NCBI GenBank assembly: GCA_963712115.1
Contig: CAVQGX010000030.1
Location: forward strand, 170,856 to 234,855
Direction of reading: 5' to 3'
Source: an uncultured delta proteobacterium
GTDB lineage: Bacteria; Desulfobacterota; Syntrophobacteria; BM002
DNA: 64,000 bases
Part shown: positions 9,377-18,991 of the stretch, in pieces
Numbering within the stretch: position 1 is the stretch's first letter
Layout: each line of letters begins with the position of its first letter
The notes under the pieces: generated by a model
What the model saw: the letters and a program-made list of their open reading frames with translations, nothing else
Told to the model about the DNA's origin: nothing
Database searches by the model: none
Position numbers and translations under genes: made by a program

Positions 9377-11383
9377 TTGGTAACAAACTCGTTGACTGCG
9401 ATAAGAAAAGATATTGAAGGTAAGCCCCTTCCTGTGCTCTTGCAACGCAATGCACTCCGCTACAACGACAGCCGGGTGGCCTTGCGTGAGAAAGAATATG
9501 GCATTTGGCAACCGGTAACCTGGCAAAGGTATTATGATCACGTTAGGTATTTTTCCCTAGGTCTCAAGGCTTTAGGCTTCAGAAAAGATGACAAGCTAGC
9601 GATTATCGGAGACAACCGACCTGAATGGGTTTATGCGGAGTTGGCAGCACAATCTCTTGGCGGCATTCCCCTTGGTATCTACCAGGATTCCATTCTGACG
9701 GAAGTAGCCTACATTATAAATCATTCTGAAGCTCGAATAGTTATTGCTGAAGACCAGGAGCAGGTGGACAAGATCCTTGAGATGAAGGATGAACTGCCCT
9801 TGCTCGAAAAGATCGTGTACACGGATCGTAAGGGTATGCGCCACTATAACGAGGATGAGCTCCTTTACTTTCCAGATTTGGAGAAACTCGGTAAGGACTA
9901 CGAGGGTGAACACCCGGGGCAATTTGAAGATGGTTTGGGGGCATTAAAAGACTCGGAAATCGCCCTCATTTCTTATACCTCGGGCACCACCGGATTTCCC
10001 AAAGGCTCCCTGTTGACTCACCGCAACATGTTGCAAATGGCCCTCAACCTGCACGCGGTGGACCCCAAACATGAGTCGGACGAATTTGTCTCATTCCTGC
10101 CATTGCCCTGGATCGGCGAGCAGATGATGGCGGTGTCAAGTGCCCTGGCCATTGGTTTCACGGTAAACTTTCCTGAGGAGCCTGAAACTGCTAACGTCGA
10201 TCTTTACGAAATTGGTCCCCACGTTATGTTTTCACCTCCCCGTGTCTGGGAAGGAATCTCCAGATCAGTGATGGTCAAGCATCTGGATGCCAGCTGGCTC
10301 AAGCGCAGGCTCTACAAATTGGCCATGCCTGTGGGCTACCGGATGGCAGACTTCAAGTTTGCCAGAGCAAAAGCCCCCTTTGGTTGGCGGCTTATCTACG
10401 GTCTAATGCACCTGTTGGTATTCAGGGCGCTAAAGGATCGGTTGGGATTCGCCCAATTACGGAGTGCTTCCACCGGTGGCGCCGCTTTGGGGCCTGACGT
10501 GTTCCGTTTCTTTCATGCCTTAGGTGTCAACCTTAAACAAATCTACGGTCAGACGGAGATTTCGGGAATCTCTTGTATCCATCGTGACGGGGATATTGAT
10601 TTTGACACTGTGGGAAAGCCCATTCCAGAGACTGAAATCCAGATCCATAACCCTGATCCCTCAGGAGTTGGAGAAATTGTCTCTCGGAGCCCAGCTCTAT
10701 TTCAGGGGTATTACAAAAATCCTGAGGAAACCAAGAAGACTTTGCGGGAAGGCTGGCTGCATTCAGGTGATGCCGGCTACATAAACGAGGATGGCCATCT
10801 GGTCTGCATTGATCGCATCTCTGATCTGATGAGCCTGGAAGACGGGACTCAGTTTTCTCCCATGTACATAGAAAACAAATTGAAGTTCTGTCCGTACATT
10901 GTTGAAGCAGTGGTGCTCGGTCATGAGAAGCCCCACGTTACAGCGATTATTTGCATAGACTTTAAACACACGGGCAAATGGGCAGAGGATCGTCGCATAG
11001 GTTACACTACCTATACAGATTTGGCTGGCAAAACAGAAGTCTATGACCTGATTGAGCGTGAGGTGGTGCGAGTCAATCGCAGCCTGCCGGAAGGAGCTAG
11101 AATCCAGAAGTTCCTTCTATTGTATAAAGAATTGGACCCGGACGATGAAGAACTCACCCGGACCAAGAAGGTGCGTCGCAAGTTCATCAATGAGAAGTAT
11201 ATCAAGGAGATCGACGGTCTTTACAGCAATCAACAAAGCTTGGACATAGAGTCAATCATCCGCTACCAGGATGGCAAAACGGCCACCTTGAATACCACGC
11301 TGCAGGTGCGGACGGTGAAGCCTCCTGAAGAGTATGCAGCAACAGAGCGGGTTTCTCTGTGGAAGAGGGTTTTTGGTGGATAA
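9377..11383 (+). CDS. Long-chain fatty acid--CoA ligase (AMP-binding)
   Basis: YTSGTTGFPKG, QIYGQTE, GWLHSGDAG; TTG start inferred. Confidence 0.93.
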   Translation: MVTNSLTAIRKDIEGKPLPVLLQRNALRYNDSRVALREKEYGIWQPVTWQRYYDHVRYFSLGLKALGFRKDDKLAIIGDNRPEWVYAELAAQSLGGIPLGIYQDSILTEVAYIINHSEARIVIAEDQEQVDKILEMKDELPLLEKIVYTDRKGMRHYNEDELLYFPDLEKLGKDYEGEHPGQFEDGLGALKDSEIALISYTSGTTGFPKGSLLTHRNMLQMALNLHAVDPKHESDEFVSFLPLPWIGEQMMAVSSALAIGFTVNFPEEPETANVDLYEIGPHVMFSPPRVWEGISRSVMVKHLDASWLKRRLYKLAMPVGYRMADFKFARAKAPFGWRLIYGLMHLLVFRALKDRLGFAQLRSASTGGAALGPDVFRFFHALGVNLKQIYGQTEISGISCIHRDGDIDFDTVGKPIPETEIQIHNPDPSGVGEIVSRSPALFQGYYKNPEETKKTLREGWLHSGDAGYINEDGHLVCIDRISDLMSLEDGTQFSPMYIENKLKFCPYIVEAVVLGHEKPHVTAIICIDFKHTGKWAEDRRIGYTTYTDLAGKTEVYDLIEREVVRVNRSLPEGARIQKFLLLYKELDPDDEELTRTKKVRRKFINEKYIKEIDGLYSNQQSLDIESIIRYQDGKTATLNTTLQVRTVKPPEEYAATERVSLWKRVFGG

Positions 11384-11401
11384 TGTTTAACGCATTATCC
11401 A

Positions 11402-11486
11402 GCGAGGCGAGAGGGCGGGCGAGACAGGAGGTCGGGTAAAAGCAAGGTTTGATTCCAAAGAATTCCACGTCTCGCTCGTCTCGCCA
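11402..11486. repeat. GCGAGACGG-family inverted arms
   Basis: gcgagagggcgggcgagacaggaggtcggg ... cgtctcgctcgtctcgcc. Confidence 0.7.
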
Positions 11487-11563
11487 TTTTTTGCCGATTT
11501 GCTTGGGTTCAGCGAAGAGCTATTGCCCGGCGCAATAAGGTCTTTACAGTTTGAGGAGGCCAG

Positions 11564-12460
11564 ATGAGTCCAGGATTTCTCCATTTCGCCCAGTTAGTGG
11601 TTACTGGCTTGGTTATCGGCAGCGTGTATTCCCTCGTGGCCCTTGGTTTTGTTCTCATCTATAAAGCCACAAGTGTTATCAACTTCGCCCAGGGTGAATT
11701 TGTTTTGGTTGGTGCTTACATCTGTCTCGACCTCATATTGCGTTTTCAAATTCCCTTTGTTTGGGCTTTTTTCCTCACTATGGTTTTTTCGGTAATCTTG
11801 GGTCTGTTGGTGGAACGGCTGACTCTGAGACCGCTCATAGGGGAGCCCATCATCACTGTAATCATGGTAACTATTGGGCTGGCTACAGTGCTCAGGAGCA
11901 CGGTAACCCTTTTCTGGGGAACTCAGATAAAAGTGTTTCCTTCAATCTTTCCTCAGGAACCTCTGAACTTCCAGGGCATAGTTATTTCGGAGGTTTATCT
12001 CTGGACCCTGGGGTTCGCTCTTCTTTTTATGGCTATTTTCGCTGTATTCTTCAAGTACTCCAGGGCTGGAATCGCCATGCGCGCCACCGCTGCTGACCAG
12101 CAGGTTTCACAATCAATGGGCATCAGCGTCAAGAAGATTTTCGCTATCTCTTGGTGTATTGCCGCAGTTGTCTCCGGAGTGGGTGGCATTCTAATAGGCA
12201 ACATAAATGGTATAAATGTCACCCTGGCAGATTTCGGCCTCAAGGTATTTCCCGCAGTTATCCTTGGAGGTCTCGACAGTATTGTGGGAGCAATCATTGG
12301 TGGCTTAACCATAGGCATTCTGGAAAACCTCATGGGAGGCTACCTTGACATGTATTTTGGCGGTGGGGTGAAGGAGGTGGCTCCCTTCGTGGTTTTGGTG
12401 GTGATCCTTATGATCAAGCCTTACGGCCTATTTGGCACGGTGGAAATAGAGAGAGTCTGA
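11564..12460 (+). CDS. ABC permease (LivH-like)
   Basis: GSVYSLVALGFVLIY..INFAQGE, GIAMRATA, AVILGGLDS. Confidence 0.93.
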   Translation: MSPGFLHFAQLVVTGLVIGSVYSLVALGFVLIYKATSVINFAQGEFVLVGAYICLDLILRFQIPFVWAFFLTMVFSVILGLLVERLTLRPLIGEPIITVIMVTIGLATVLRSTVTLFWGTQIKVFPSIFPQEPLNFQGIVISEVYLWTLGFALLFMAIFAVFFKYSRAGIAMRATAADQQVSQSMGISVKKIFAISWCIAAVVSGVGGILIGNINGINVTLADFGLKVFPAVILGGLDSIVGAIIGGLTIGILENLMGGYLDMYFGGGVKEVAPFVVLVVILMIKPYGLFGTVEIERV

Positions 12461-12465
12461 CAAAC

Positions 12466-12616
12466 GGGGAAGTCGGAACGCGGAAGGCGGAACTATTTAC
12501 CATGGGAAAATGAACCACAGAGCACACGGAGGCCACAGAGAATTAGTTTGAGCATCTGAACTGGTTAAAATACTAAATGTACTAACTTCCTCTGTGTTCT
12601 CTGTGCTCTCTGTGTT
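12466..12616. repeat. GGAAG(T/G)C heptamers + CACAGAG / CTCTGTG 9-mer inverted arms
   Basis: ggaagtc-ggaacgc-ggaaggc-ggaac; ccacagagcacacggaggccacagagaa ... ttcctctgtgttctctgtgctctctgtg. Confidence 0.8.
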
Positions 12617-12676
12617 TTTAACTTTCTTTCGAACAAAGATTTTGCTCACGAGATAAGGGAAAGATGGTCAGCGCCA

Positions 12677-13744
12677 ATGCCTACTGGTCTGTTTTATACT
12701 AAATACCAAGATGACGAGAAGATCTTCCATACTCTCTGGGTAAGAATCTGGATGGGGGCTCTTCTCATTTTCCTTTTCGTGGGTTTCCCCTTTGTTGCTT
12801 CTCCTTTGAGCGGTTTTTTCGGCTTTAGTGTGCAACATATGGCCAACATGATCGGTATTTTTATTATTGGCGCCCACGGCCTTAATCTTCTCACCGGCTT
12901 CACCGGTCAGATCTCCCTCGGTCATGGGGCCTTTATGGGAGTTGGTGCTTTCACCTCGGCGATTCTTTTTATGAAAGCTGGATGGCCCTTCTGGCTCTCC
13001 CTGCCGGCTGCAGGGTTGGTAACCGCCGGAGTGGGTATGATCTTTGGAGTTCCGTCTTTGCGCCTCCGGGGGCTCTATCTGGCCATCGCCACCATGGCTG
13101 CTCAGTTTATCATTGGGTACGCCATGCGTAACTGGACATCCCTTACCGGAGGGAGCGGTGGTCTGAACGTAGACCGCCCCAGCATTTTTGGTTTTGCCCT
13201 AGATACTGATCTGCGTTACTACTACTTAATCCTTGTATTGGCCATTTTTTCCACCTTATTTTTGAAAAACTTACTTCGCACCAAGACCGGTCGGGCCATG
13301 GTGGCCATTCGCGACCGCTATCTTTCAGCTGAAATAATGGGGGTTAACCTGTTCAAATACCGGCTTCTTGCCTTCGGAATCAGTTCCTTCTACGTAGGGG
13401 TTGCTGGGGGGCTTTTTGCCCACTACAATCTGGTTGTCAGTGACGAGCACTTTACCATGTGGCTTTCCATCCATTATTTGGCCATGGTAATCATCGGTGG
13501 TTTGGGCCATGTTTTGGGGGGTATCTTCGGGACCATCTTTATGGTATTACTCCCTGAATTGCTGCGTATTCCAACTGAGATACTAAGCAACATCTATCCC
13601 AACATTTTTGCTATCTTCGGGACCTTGAGAGAACTGGTGTTTGGCCTGGTTATTATTCTATTTTTGATTTTTGAACCGGATGGTCTGGCTGCGCGCTGGC
13701 ACACTGTACGCGCCTATTGGAAGTTGTGGCCCTTTTCTTACTAG
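12677..13744 (+). CDS. ABC permease (LivM-like)
   Basis: GLNLLTGFTGQISLGHGAF, LRLRGLYLAIAT, TGRAMVAIRD. Confidence 0.93.
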   Translation: MPTGLFYTKYQDDEKIFHTLWVRIWMGALLIFLFVGFPFVASPLSGFFGFSVQHMANMIGIFIIGAHGLNLLTGFTGQISLGHGAFMGVGAFTSAILFMKAGWPFWLSLPAAGLVTAGVGMIFGVPSLRLRGLYLAIATMAAQFIIGYAMRNWTSLTGGSGGLNVDRPSIFGFALDTDLRYYYLILVLAIFSTLFLKNLLRTKTGRAMVAIRDRYLSAEIMGVNLFKYRLLAFGISSFYVGVAGGLFAHYNLVVSDEHFTMWLSIHYLAMVIIGGLGHVLGGIFGTIFMVLLPELLRIPTEILSNIYPNIFAIFGTLRELVFGLVIILFLIFEPDGLAARWHTVRAYWKLWPFSY

Positions 13745-13892
13745 TGTGCGAAAATATACAGTCCGCCGATGTTAGGAGAGGAGGTGAGAAAGGACTGGAA
13801 TAAGACCTACAGGGTAAAAAAATGCCAACAAGGATGGAGCCAAAGTGGCTGCCACCCTACTGATAACTGAAAAATAGAGGGGGAGGGAGATA

Positions 13893-15113
13893 ATGAAAAG
13901 GATGAAGATTTTCCAATGGGCCTGCGTGGTATTGCTTGTGACTGGACTGGTGTTCTGGGGCTGTGGCAAGAAAGAGGCTGAACCCCTCAAGATCGGTGGC
14001 ATCTTCGACATCACTGGCGCCACCTCGGGAGTGGGTAAGGACTACGCTCAGGGCGCTAAAGATGCCGAACGTTACATTAACGAAAATGGCGGGATCAATG
14101 GCCGCAAGATTCAGTTAATTGCCAATGACTATGCCTACAAGATTCCGGAAGCCGTAAGCCTTTACAAGCAATACAAGGACGTGGACAAGGTTTTTGTCAT
14201 CCAGGGATGGGGTACGGGAGACACCAATGCGCTGAAACAGCAGGTTAATAATGACAAGATTGTTTATATTTCAGCGTCTTACGACTCAAACCTCAACGAT
14301 CCGTCCAAGACTCCCTACAATTTTTATGTCGGAACCAGCTATTCGGACGCCATCCGCCTTGCAATGAAGTTTGTCAAAGACTCCTTTAATGAGATGTTTC
14401 CGGATGCGAAGAATCGGGCTCCCCGGGTAGTTTTTATCTACCCTGATCACCCCTATGGCAAGGCTCCCATACCTGCTGGTAAGGCAATGGCTCAGGAGCT
14501 GGGTATCGAAGTGGGGCCAGATGAAATTGTCGGATTGAGGGCGATCGACGCCACCAGCCAGTTGTTGCACATGAAGGAGTTTGATCCTGACTGGGCCTGG
14601 GTTGGTGGCACAACTCCTTCCACTTCTGTAGTGGTGAAGGACGCTGCCAAACTTAATCTCCGGACCAAGATCATCTCTAATGTCTGGGGATTTGATGAAA
14701 ATATTATCAAGCTTGCAGGTGACGCTGGCAACGAGCGCATTTACGGCATGGCACCCTTCGCTTTTTGGGGGGAAGATGTTCCCGGGATGAAAGCTGCCAT
14801 GGAGTCAGCAAAAAAGAGCTCTCCGGATGCCAGCTATACTGTGCGCTACATTCAAGGATGGACGGCAATGATGGTCATGTGGGAAGGTCTCAAGCTCGCC
14901 GATAAGGCTGGCCAGCTGAACGGACCAGGACTTAGGGCGGCTCTTGAGACTCTTGAGAATTTTGATACCGGTGGACTAACTGCAACTGTTTCCTTTACGC
15001 CGACTGACCATCGTCCCAATACTGCCCTGCGGATCTTTAAAATGAGCGACAACAAGTTGGTCCCGGTGAAGGCTGTCTCCATTGAAAGGGAAGACCGTTT
15101 CCTGGGCTGGTAG
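13893..15113 (+). CDS. ABC substrate-binding lipoprotein (LivK/PBP1 family)
   Basis: Lipobox VFWGC, KIGGIFDITG, INENGGINGRKI; strong RBS. Confidence 0.92.
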   Translation: MKRMKIFQWACVVLLVTGLVFWGCGKKEAEPLKIGGIFDITGATSGVGKDYAQGAKDAERYINENGGINGRKIQLIANDYAYKIPEAVSLYKQYKDVDKVFVIQGWGTGDTNALKQQVNNDKIVYISASYDSNLNDPSKTPYNFYVGTSYSDAIRLAMKFVKDSFNEMFPDAKNRAPRVVFIYPDHPYGKAPIPAGKAMAQELGIEVGPDEIVGLRAIDATSQLLHMKEFDPDWAWVGGTTPSTSVVVKDAAKLNLRTKIISNVWGFDENIIKLAGDAGNERIYGMAPFAFWGEDVPGMKAAMESAKKSSPDASYTVRYIQGWTAMMVMWEGLKLADKAGQLNGPGLRAALETLENFDTGGLTATVSFTPTDHRPNTALRIFKMSDNKLVPVKAVSIEREDRFLGW

Positions 15114-15137
15114 TCAAGAAGCGCATAGCGCTTCCAT

Positions 15138-15944
15138 GTGCGAGACGAGCGAGAGTCGGTGATAATGGGAATTACCCTCAGATCTTTTAGTTCCCATCTC
15201 GCCCGACCTCCCGTCTCGCCCGACCTCCGGTTTCGTCCGACTTCCGGCCTCGCTTTTCATGCGGTTTGTTCTCCCATAGGGAATATCTTTTGCCTGGTTT
15301 ATTTGCTCACAGCCGTTAGTTGCGCCTACCTCCGGCCGCACCTGACGCCAGCAGAACTGAGCGAACGGCTTCAGTATTGTCAAGACAGATTTCTGGAAGA
15401 GTTGGTTAACATCACTTTATCCAAGGGCTATGAGGCAGTCAACGGCGAGGGTCGAGCCAGGCAAGTCCTGGAACTGAATAATTCGCGTTCCGTTACTATT
15501 CACCGGCAGTTTTTCGAAGTGCAACCTTATGGGGATGGACTATCGGAAGTATTTTTCTTGGAGAACAGAGGCTCTGTAAACCACTCGAAGTTAAGCAGTT
15601 TCCCACGCCATGCCCGGAGAGCCATCAGAGATTTTCTGAATGGATTACCCAAAGACAGGAGGAGTCAGTACAAACCACTGTTGATCCGGCAGGAGAAGCT
15701 CTCGCGCCGGATGATCTTTTATGAGACGGATAGGGGAAAAAAGACTTTCGAATTCACTCGTAAGGTGGGTTGTTTAGAGATAAGCAATTTATACGGACTT
15801 TACCCTCTACCAGATGGGCCATTCATTTTTTTCGGGCAGGAAAGAGAAAGACTCTCCAGGAAAGATTTTCTGCAAGCAGACGATCATTACCAAGATCTGG
15901 TAAACAATTTCCTCAGAGAGTTTCGCGGGGAAATCAAGCTATGA
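15138..15944 (+). CDS. Hypothetical protein, possibly a lipoprotein; true start uncertain
   Basis: Long ORF with lipobox-like LLTAVSC; about the first 38 codons lie in a GCGAGAC/CGTCTCGC array. Confidence 0.6.
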   Translation: MRDERESVIMGITLRSFSSHLARPPVSPDLRFRPTSGLAFHAVCSPIGNIFCLVYLLTAVSCAYLRPHLTPAELSERLQYCQDRFLEELVNITLSKGYEAVNGEGRARQVLELNNSRSVTIHRQFFEVQPYGDGLSEVFFLENRGSVNHSKLSSFPRHARRAIRDFLNGLPKDRRSQYKPLLIRQEKLSRRMIFYETDRGKKTFEFTRKVGCLEISNLYGLYPLPDGPFIFFGQERERLSRKDFLQADDHYQDLVNNFLREFRGEIKL

Positions 15945-15986
15945 CATGGCTTTTCCTATCCGCCTTTTGGGGAGTAATGGAGCATA

Positions 15987-16084
15987 GACGATTGATGATT
16001 TTAGATTGTAGATTGCAGATTGAAGATTTTTGTCGAAGATTGAAATAATAAAAGATTTTGATGCGAAATCTTAAATCTGAAATC
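15987..16084. repeat. AGATTG(C/T) / (A/C)AATCT heptamer inverted arms
   Basis: tgatttt-agattgt-agattgc-agattga-agattt ... aaatctt-aaatctg-aaatc. Confidence 0.7.
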
Positions 16085-16127
16085 AGTAGAGGTGGATTGA
16101 GGCTGACTTCGGATAAAGGATTCGTGG

Positions 16128-16928
16128 ATGGCTTTGCTCAACGTAAACAACATCGAAGTAATATACAACGACGTTATTCTGGTACTGAAAGGGTTGTCCT
16201 TGAGCGTCAACCAGGGACAGATTGTTTCACTTCTAGGTGCAAATGGAGCAGGTAAGACTTCCACTCTCAAGGCTATTTCCGGATTGCTAAAGACCGAGGA
16301 AGGGGAAGTCACCGATGGGGTTATAGAGTTTGAAGGCGAACCCATTCATCGTCTTGAACCAGAGGAGATTGTTCGGCGGGGTATTTTTCAGGTTATGGAA
16401 GGCAGGAGAGTATTTGAGGATCTAACCGTAGAAGAAAACCTGATAGCAGCGGCCCATCTACAAAAGGGACGAAAAAAGATTAAAGGGTTACAGGAATTGG
16501 TTTATTCCTATTTCCCGAGGATCAAAGAACGGCAAAACGCTCTTGCCGGCTATTTGAGCGGCGGGGAACAACAGATGCTGGTTATTGGCAGGGCACTCAT
16601 GGCCCAACCAAAACTTATGCTGCTGGATGAACCGTCCTTAGGACTCAGCCCCCTGTTGGTGGGTGAAATCTTCCACATAATCAAGAAGATCAACGAAGAA
16701 CAGAAGACCACAATTTTGTTGGTTGAGCAAAACGCTCGACTGGCTCTGACCATATCTGACTACGGCTATATCATGGAGAACGGACGGATCGTCCTGGATG
16801 ATACTGTGGAAAAGCTGCGGGACAATGAGGACGTGAAGCGATTTTATTTGGGCTTGACTGAAGTGGGTACTAAACGCTCTTACCGGGATGTTAAATATTA
16901 CAAACGCCGTAAGAGGTGGCTGACCTAG
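16128..16928 (+). CDS. ABC ATP-binding protein (LivF-like)
   Basis: GANGAGKTS, LSGGEQQML, LDEPSLGLSP, LVEQNA. Confidence 0.94.
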   Translation: MALLNVNNIEVIYNDVILVLKGLSLSVNQGQIVSLLGANGAGKTSTLKAISGLLKTEEGEVTDGVIEFEGEPIHRLEPEEIVRRGIFQVMEGRRVFEDLTVEENLIAAAHLQKGRKKIKGLQELVYSYFPRIKERQNALAGYLSGGEQQMLVIGRALMAQPKLMLLDEPSLGLSPLLVGEIFHIIKKINEEQKTTILLVEQNARLALTISDYGYIMENGRIVLDDTVEKLRDNEDVKRFYLGLTEVGTKRSYRDVKYYKRRKRWLT

Positions 16929-17175
16929 GCAGCGGGCAGAAATAAGAGGTCAGAGATCAGAGGTCGGAGGTCAGACGAAAGAAGACAGCTTGCAGTGTGG
17001 TTATCCGTTATTACTTCTTCGGGTGATTTGTTCCTATGAGCTGTTTTAAAGGTTTCTACGATTTCTACGACTTTTACGGTTTCAACGATTTGAACGACTT
17101 GAACGATTTCAACGGTTTTAACGATTTGACCATTTGACGAATTGACCAATTGACTACTAGGCTATGGGCATAGCG
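16929..17175. repeat. Composite arrays: TCAGAGG 7-mer, AACGA(T/C)TT(G/C) 9-mer, TTGACCA(A/T) 8-mer
   Basis: About ten 9-mer units at 17043-17128 grading into 8-mer units. Confidence 0.85.
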
Positions 17176-17189
17176 AAAGGCTGGTAGCT

Positions 17190-17579
17190 ATGACACTTCA
17201 CTCCTATGTGGGCAGCAACACGATTATAAAGGGCAATCTTGAGTGCAGTGAAGATTTTCTCGTGGAGGGCGCCGTTGAAGGCAACCTGAGTTCCGAGGGC
17301 CTAATAGTCTTGGGGAAGGACGCGGTGGTTAAAGGTGAGGTATCGGCAAAGGAAGTTGCCATTTCAGGAATTGTCGCGGGTACAGTAAGATGCTCGGAAA
17401 GACTTGAAATCTACGAGTCTGCCAAAATCATAGGCACAATTCAGGCGCCTGTCCTCAAGATGGCCGCAGGCGCACAGATTGACGCCAGAATAATAATGTC
17501 TCGGAAAGTTGACGACGTTGAGCTTATTTCTCAATCCCCCGAAGATTCATATCCCTCACTGGTCAAGTCCGGCAACTAG
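17190..17579 (+). CDS. Bactofilin (polymer-forming cytoskeletal protein)
   Basis: Repeating beta-helix pattern SYVGSNTIIKGNL..VEGAVEGNL..VKGEV..ISGIVAGTV. Confidence 0.9.
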   Translation: MTLHSYVGSNTIIKGNLECSEDFLVEGAVEGNLSSEGLIVLGKDAVVKGEVSAKEVAISGIVAGTVRCSERLEIYESAKIIGTIQAPVLKMAAGAQIDARIIMSRKVDDVELISQSPEDSYPSLVKSGN

Positions 17580-17697
17580 AGTTGTCAGTGGTCAGCAGTC
17601 AGTGGCAAGGCATGGGGCATAGGGCTAAAAGGAAAACTCTATGCGCCAAGCTCCATGCTCCAGGCGGTGAACGCAGTGAACCAACAACGGACGATAA

Positions 17698-18168
17698 TCA
17701 TTCCGGCATTGGTTCCAAAGTCAATTCGTGACTGATATCGATACAGCCAATCACGCTCTGTGCCCCAGGACACAGGGGCAGGTAAGTATTCAGGGCTTCC
17801 CTGGCATCTTCCCATTTTTCCTCTGGGGCTTTGAGCGTATAGTGGACTTTGATCCGTGTAATTTTCAGAACTTTGTCAACCTCTTCAATATCACCTGTTA
17901 CCTCAGCCTCATATAGATGTTCGAAGGTTCGAATTTTTTTGCCGGCCAGTACCACGGCCAGTGTGCCCATCATTCAGCCGCCCACCGCGCCGACGATGTG
18001 ATCCAAAGTGGCGGCGTGCTCTTGTTCAGGTTCTACCTTGTAAAAATCCTTTATTCCACCGTGGATGCCATAATAAACCGGTTCACCAAAGCCTTTGATG
18101 AGGGCCTTCCTGGTTGGTCCCTTCTCTCTCGTAATGGTGATCTGTGAACTGTGCACAACCTTACCCAT
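17698..18168 (-). CDS. OsmC-like selenoprotein (UGA at 17974-17976 read as Sec), 156 aa
   Basis: Two abutting in-frame ORFs joined by TGA (HIVGAVGG-U-MMGTL); second Cys in LPLCPGAQSV; SECIS-like hairpin after the UGA; RBS aggagg. Confidence 0.85.
17942..17961 (-). promoter_or_regulatory. Putative bacterial SECIS hairpin
   Basis: Minus strand ctggcc-gt-ggt-ac-t-ggccgg; GG-containing apical loop 20 nt after the UGA. Confidence 0.6.
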
Positions 18169-18188
18169 GATTTCCTCCTAATTTAATC

Positions 18189-18620
18189 CTAGCTTCGCAG
18201 CAGGTCATCAACTGGCGTAGCTTTTTCGAGTATATCTCCAAGGCTCAGGGAGAAAAGCTGTTGCTTGAGCATATCCGTCATTCCGACCCAGATCTCCCTC
18301 GTTGGACACTCGGTAGCACGATAACAGAGCTCGGGTTCCAAGACACAATCTACGACCGATAGTTTTCCTTCGAGTGTCTCAACTATCTCGCCCACACTTA
18401 TCGCTTCAGGCTTTCTCGCCAGCATGTAGCCACCGCGTCTCCCCCTAACACTTCGAATAAGACCGGCCCCTCTTAGCAAGATGATTAGCTGCTCAAGATA
18501 CTTGGCGGAAAGATCCTGTCGCTTGGCGATCTCAGCAAGTGGTACAGGCCCATCAGCATAGTGCTGAGCCAGATCAACCATCAGTCGAGTACCGTATCTA
18601 CCGCGCGTCGAGAGTCTCAT
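18189..18620 (-). CDS. Rrf2-family transcriptional regulator (IscR-like, three Cys)
   Basis: MRLSTRGRYG, YLEQL, SVRGRRGGYML, C-x6-C-x5-C. Confidence 0.93.
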   Translation of the reverse strand: MRLSTRGRYGTRLMVDLAQHYADGPVPLAEIAKRQDLSAKYLEQLIILLRGAGLIRSVRGRRGGYMLARKPEAISVGEIVETLEGKLSVVDCVLEPELCYRATECPTREIWVGMTDMLKQQLFSLSLGDILEKATPVDDLLRS

Positions 18621-18795
18621 AAAGCCTCCCCAATACATACAATATATATAGATTAGCTAGAGATTAACAGGCTACACACCGACTGTCAAAACAAATCTTT
18701 GAAAATGCTACAGCGAGCGCATTCCCCGTCTCGCCCGGGCGGGACTGCGGGGGTAGCAGGCGAACTACAATAAAATGGAATCTCTTCTTTACATT

Positions 18796-18991
18796 TAGCC
18801 CGGATAATTTCATGAATCACCTGCTGCGACCACAGATATGGCCGTCCTTCCTGGCGTCCTCGGGTGTCGATCCCTGCGACGGACCCTTCAGGTACGCCTC
18901 GGATCCAATCCCGCGGTACCGCGGGACGGTTGCCAGCTGGCACGCCCATCTTCGCGGTCTCGCAACAGTAATTCATGAAATATCAGGGCTA
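18796..18991 (+). mobile_element. MITE copy 3 (196 bp)
   Basis: tagcccggataatttcatgaat ... attcatgaaatatcagggcta; the terminal CTA is the cdaA stop on the minus strand. Confidence 0.9.

Noticed and set aside
16925-17149. ORF with VEIVQVVQIVETVKVV periodicity (also 7254-7436 and the first codons of ORF 41428)
   Set aside because: These are translations of stop-free 9-nt arrays; there is no RBS or other support for coding.
16929-17160. CRISPR array suggested by periodic sequence (also 41254-41480 and 54775-55040)
   Set aside because: Units are 7-9 nt, contiguous and degenerate, with no unique spacers; no cas genes are present.
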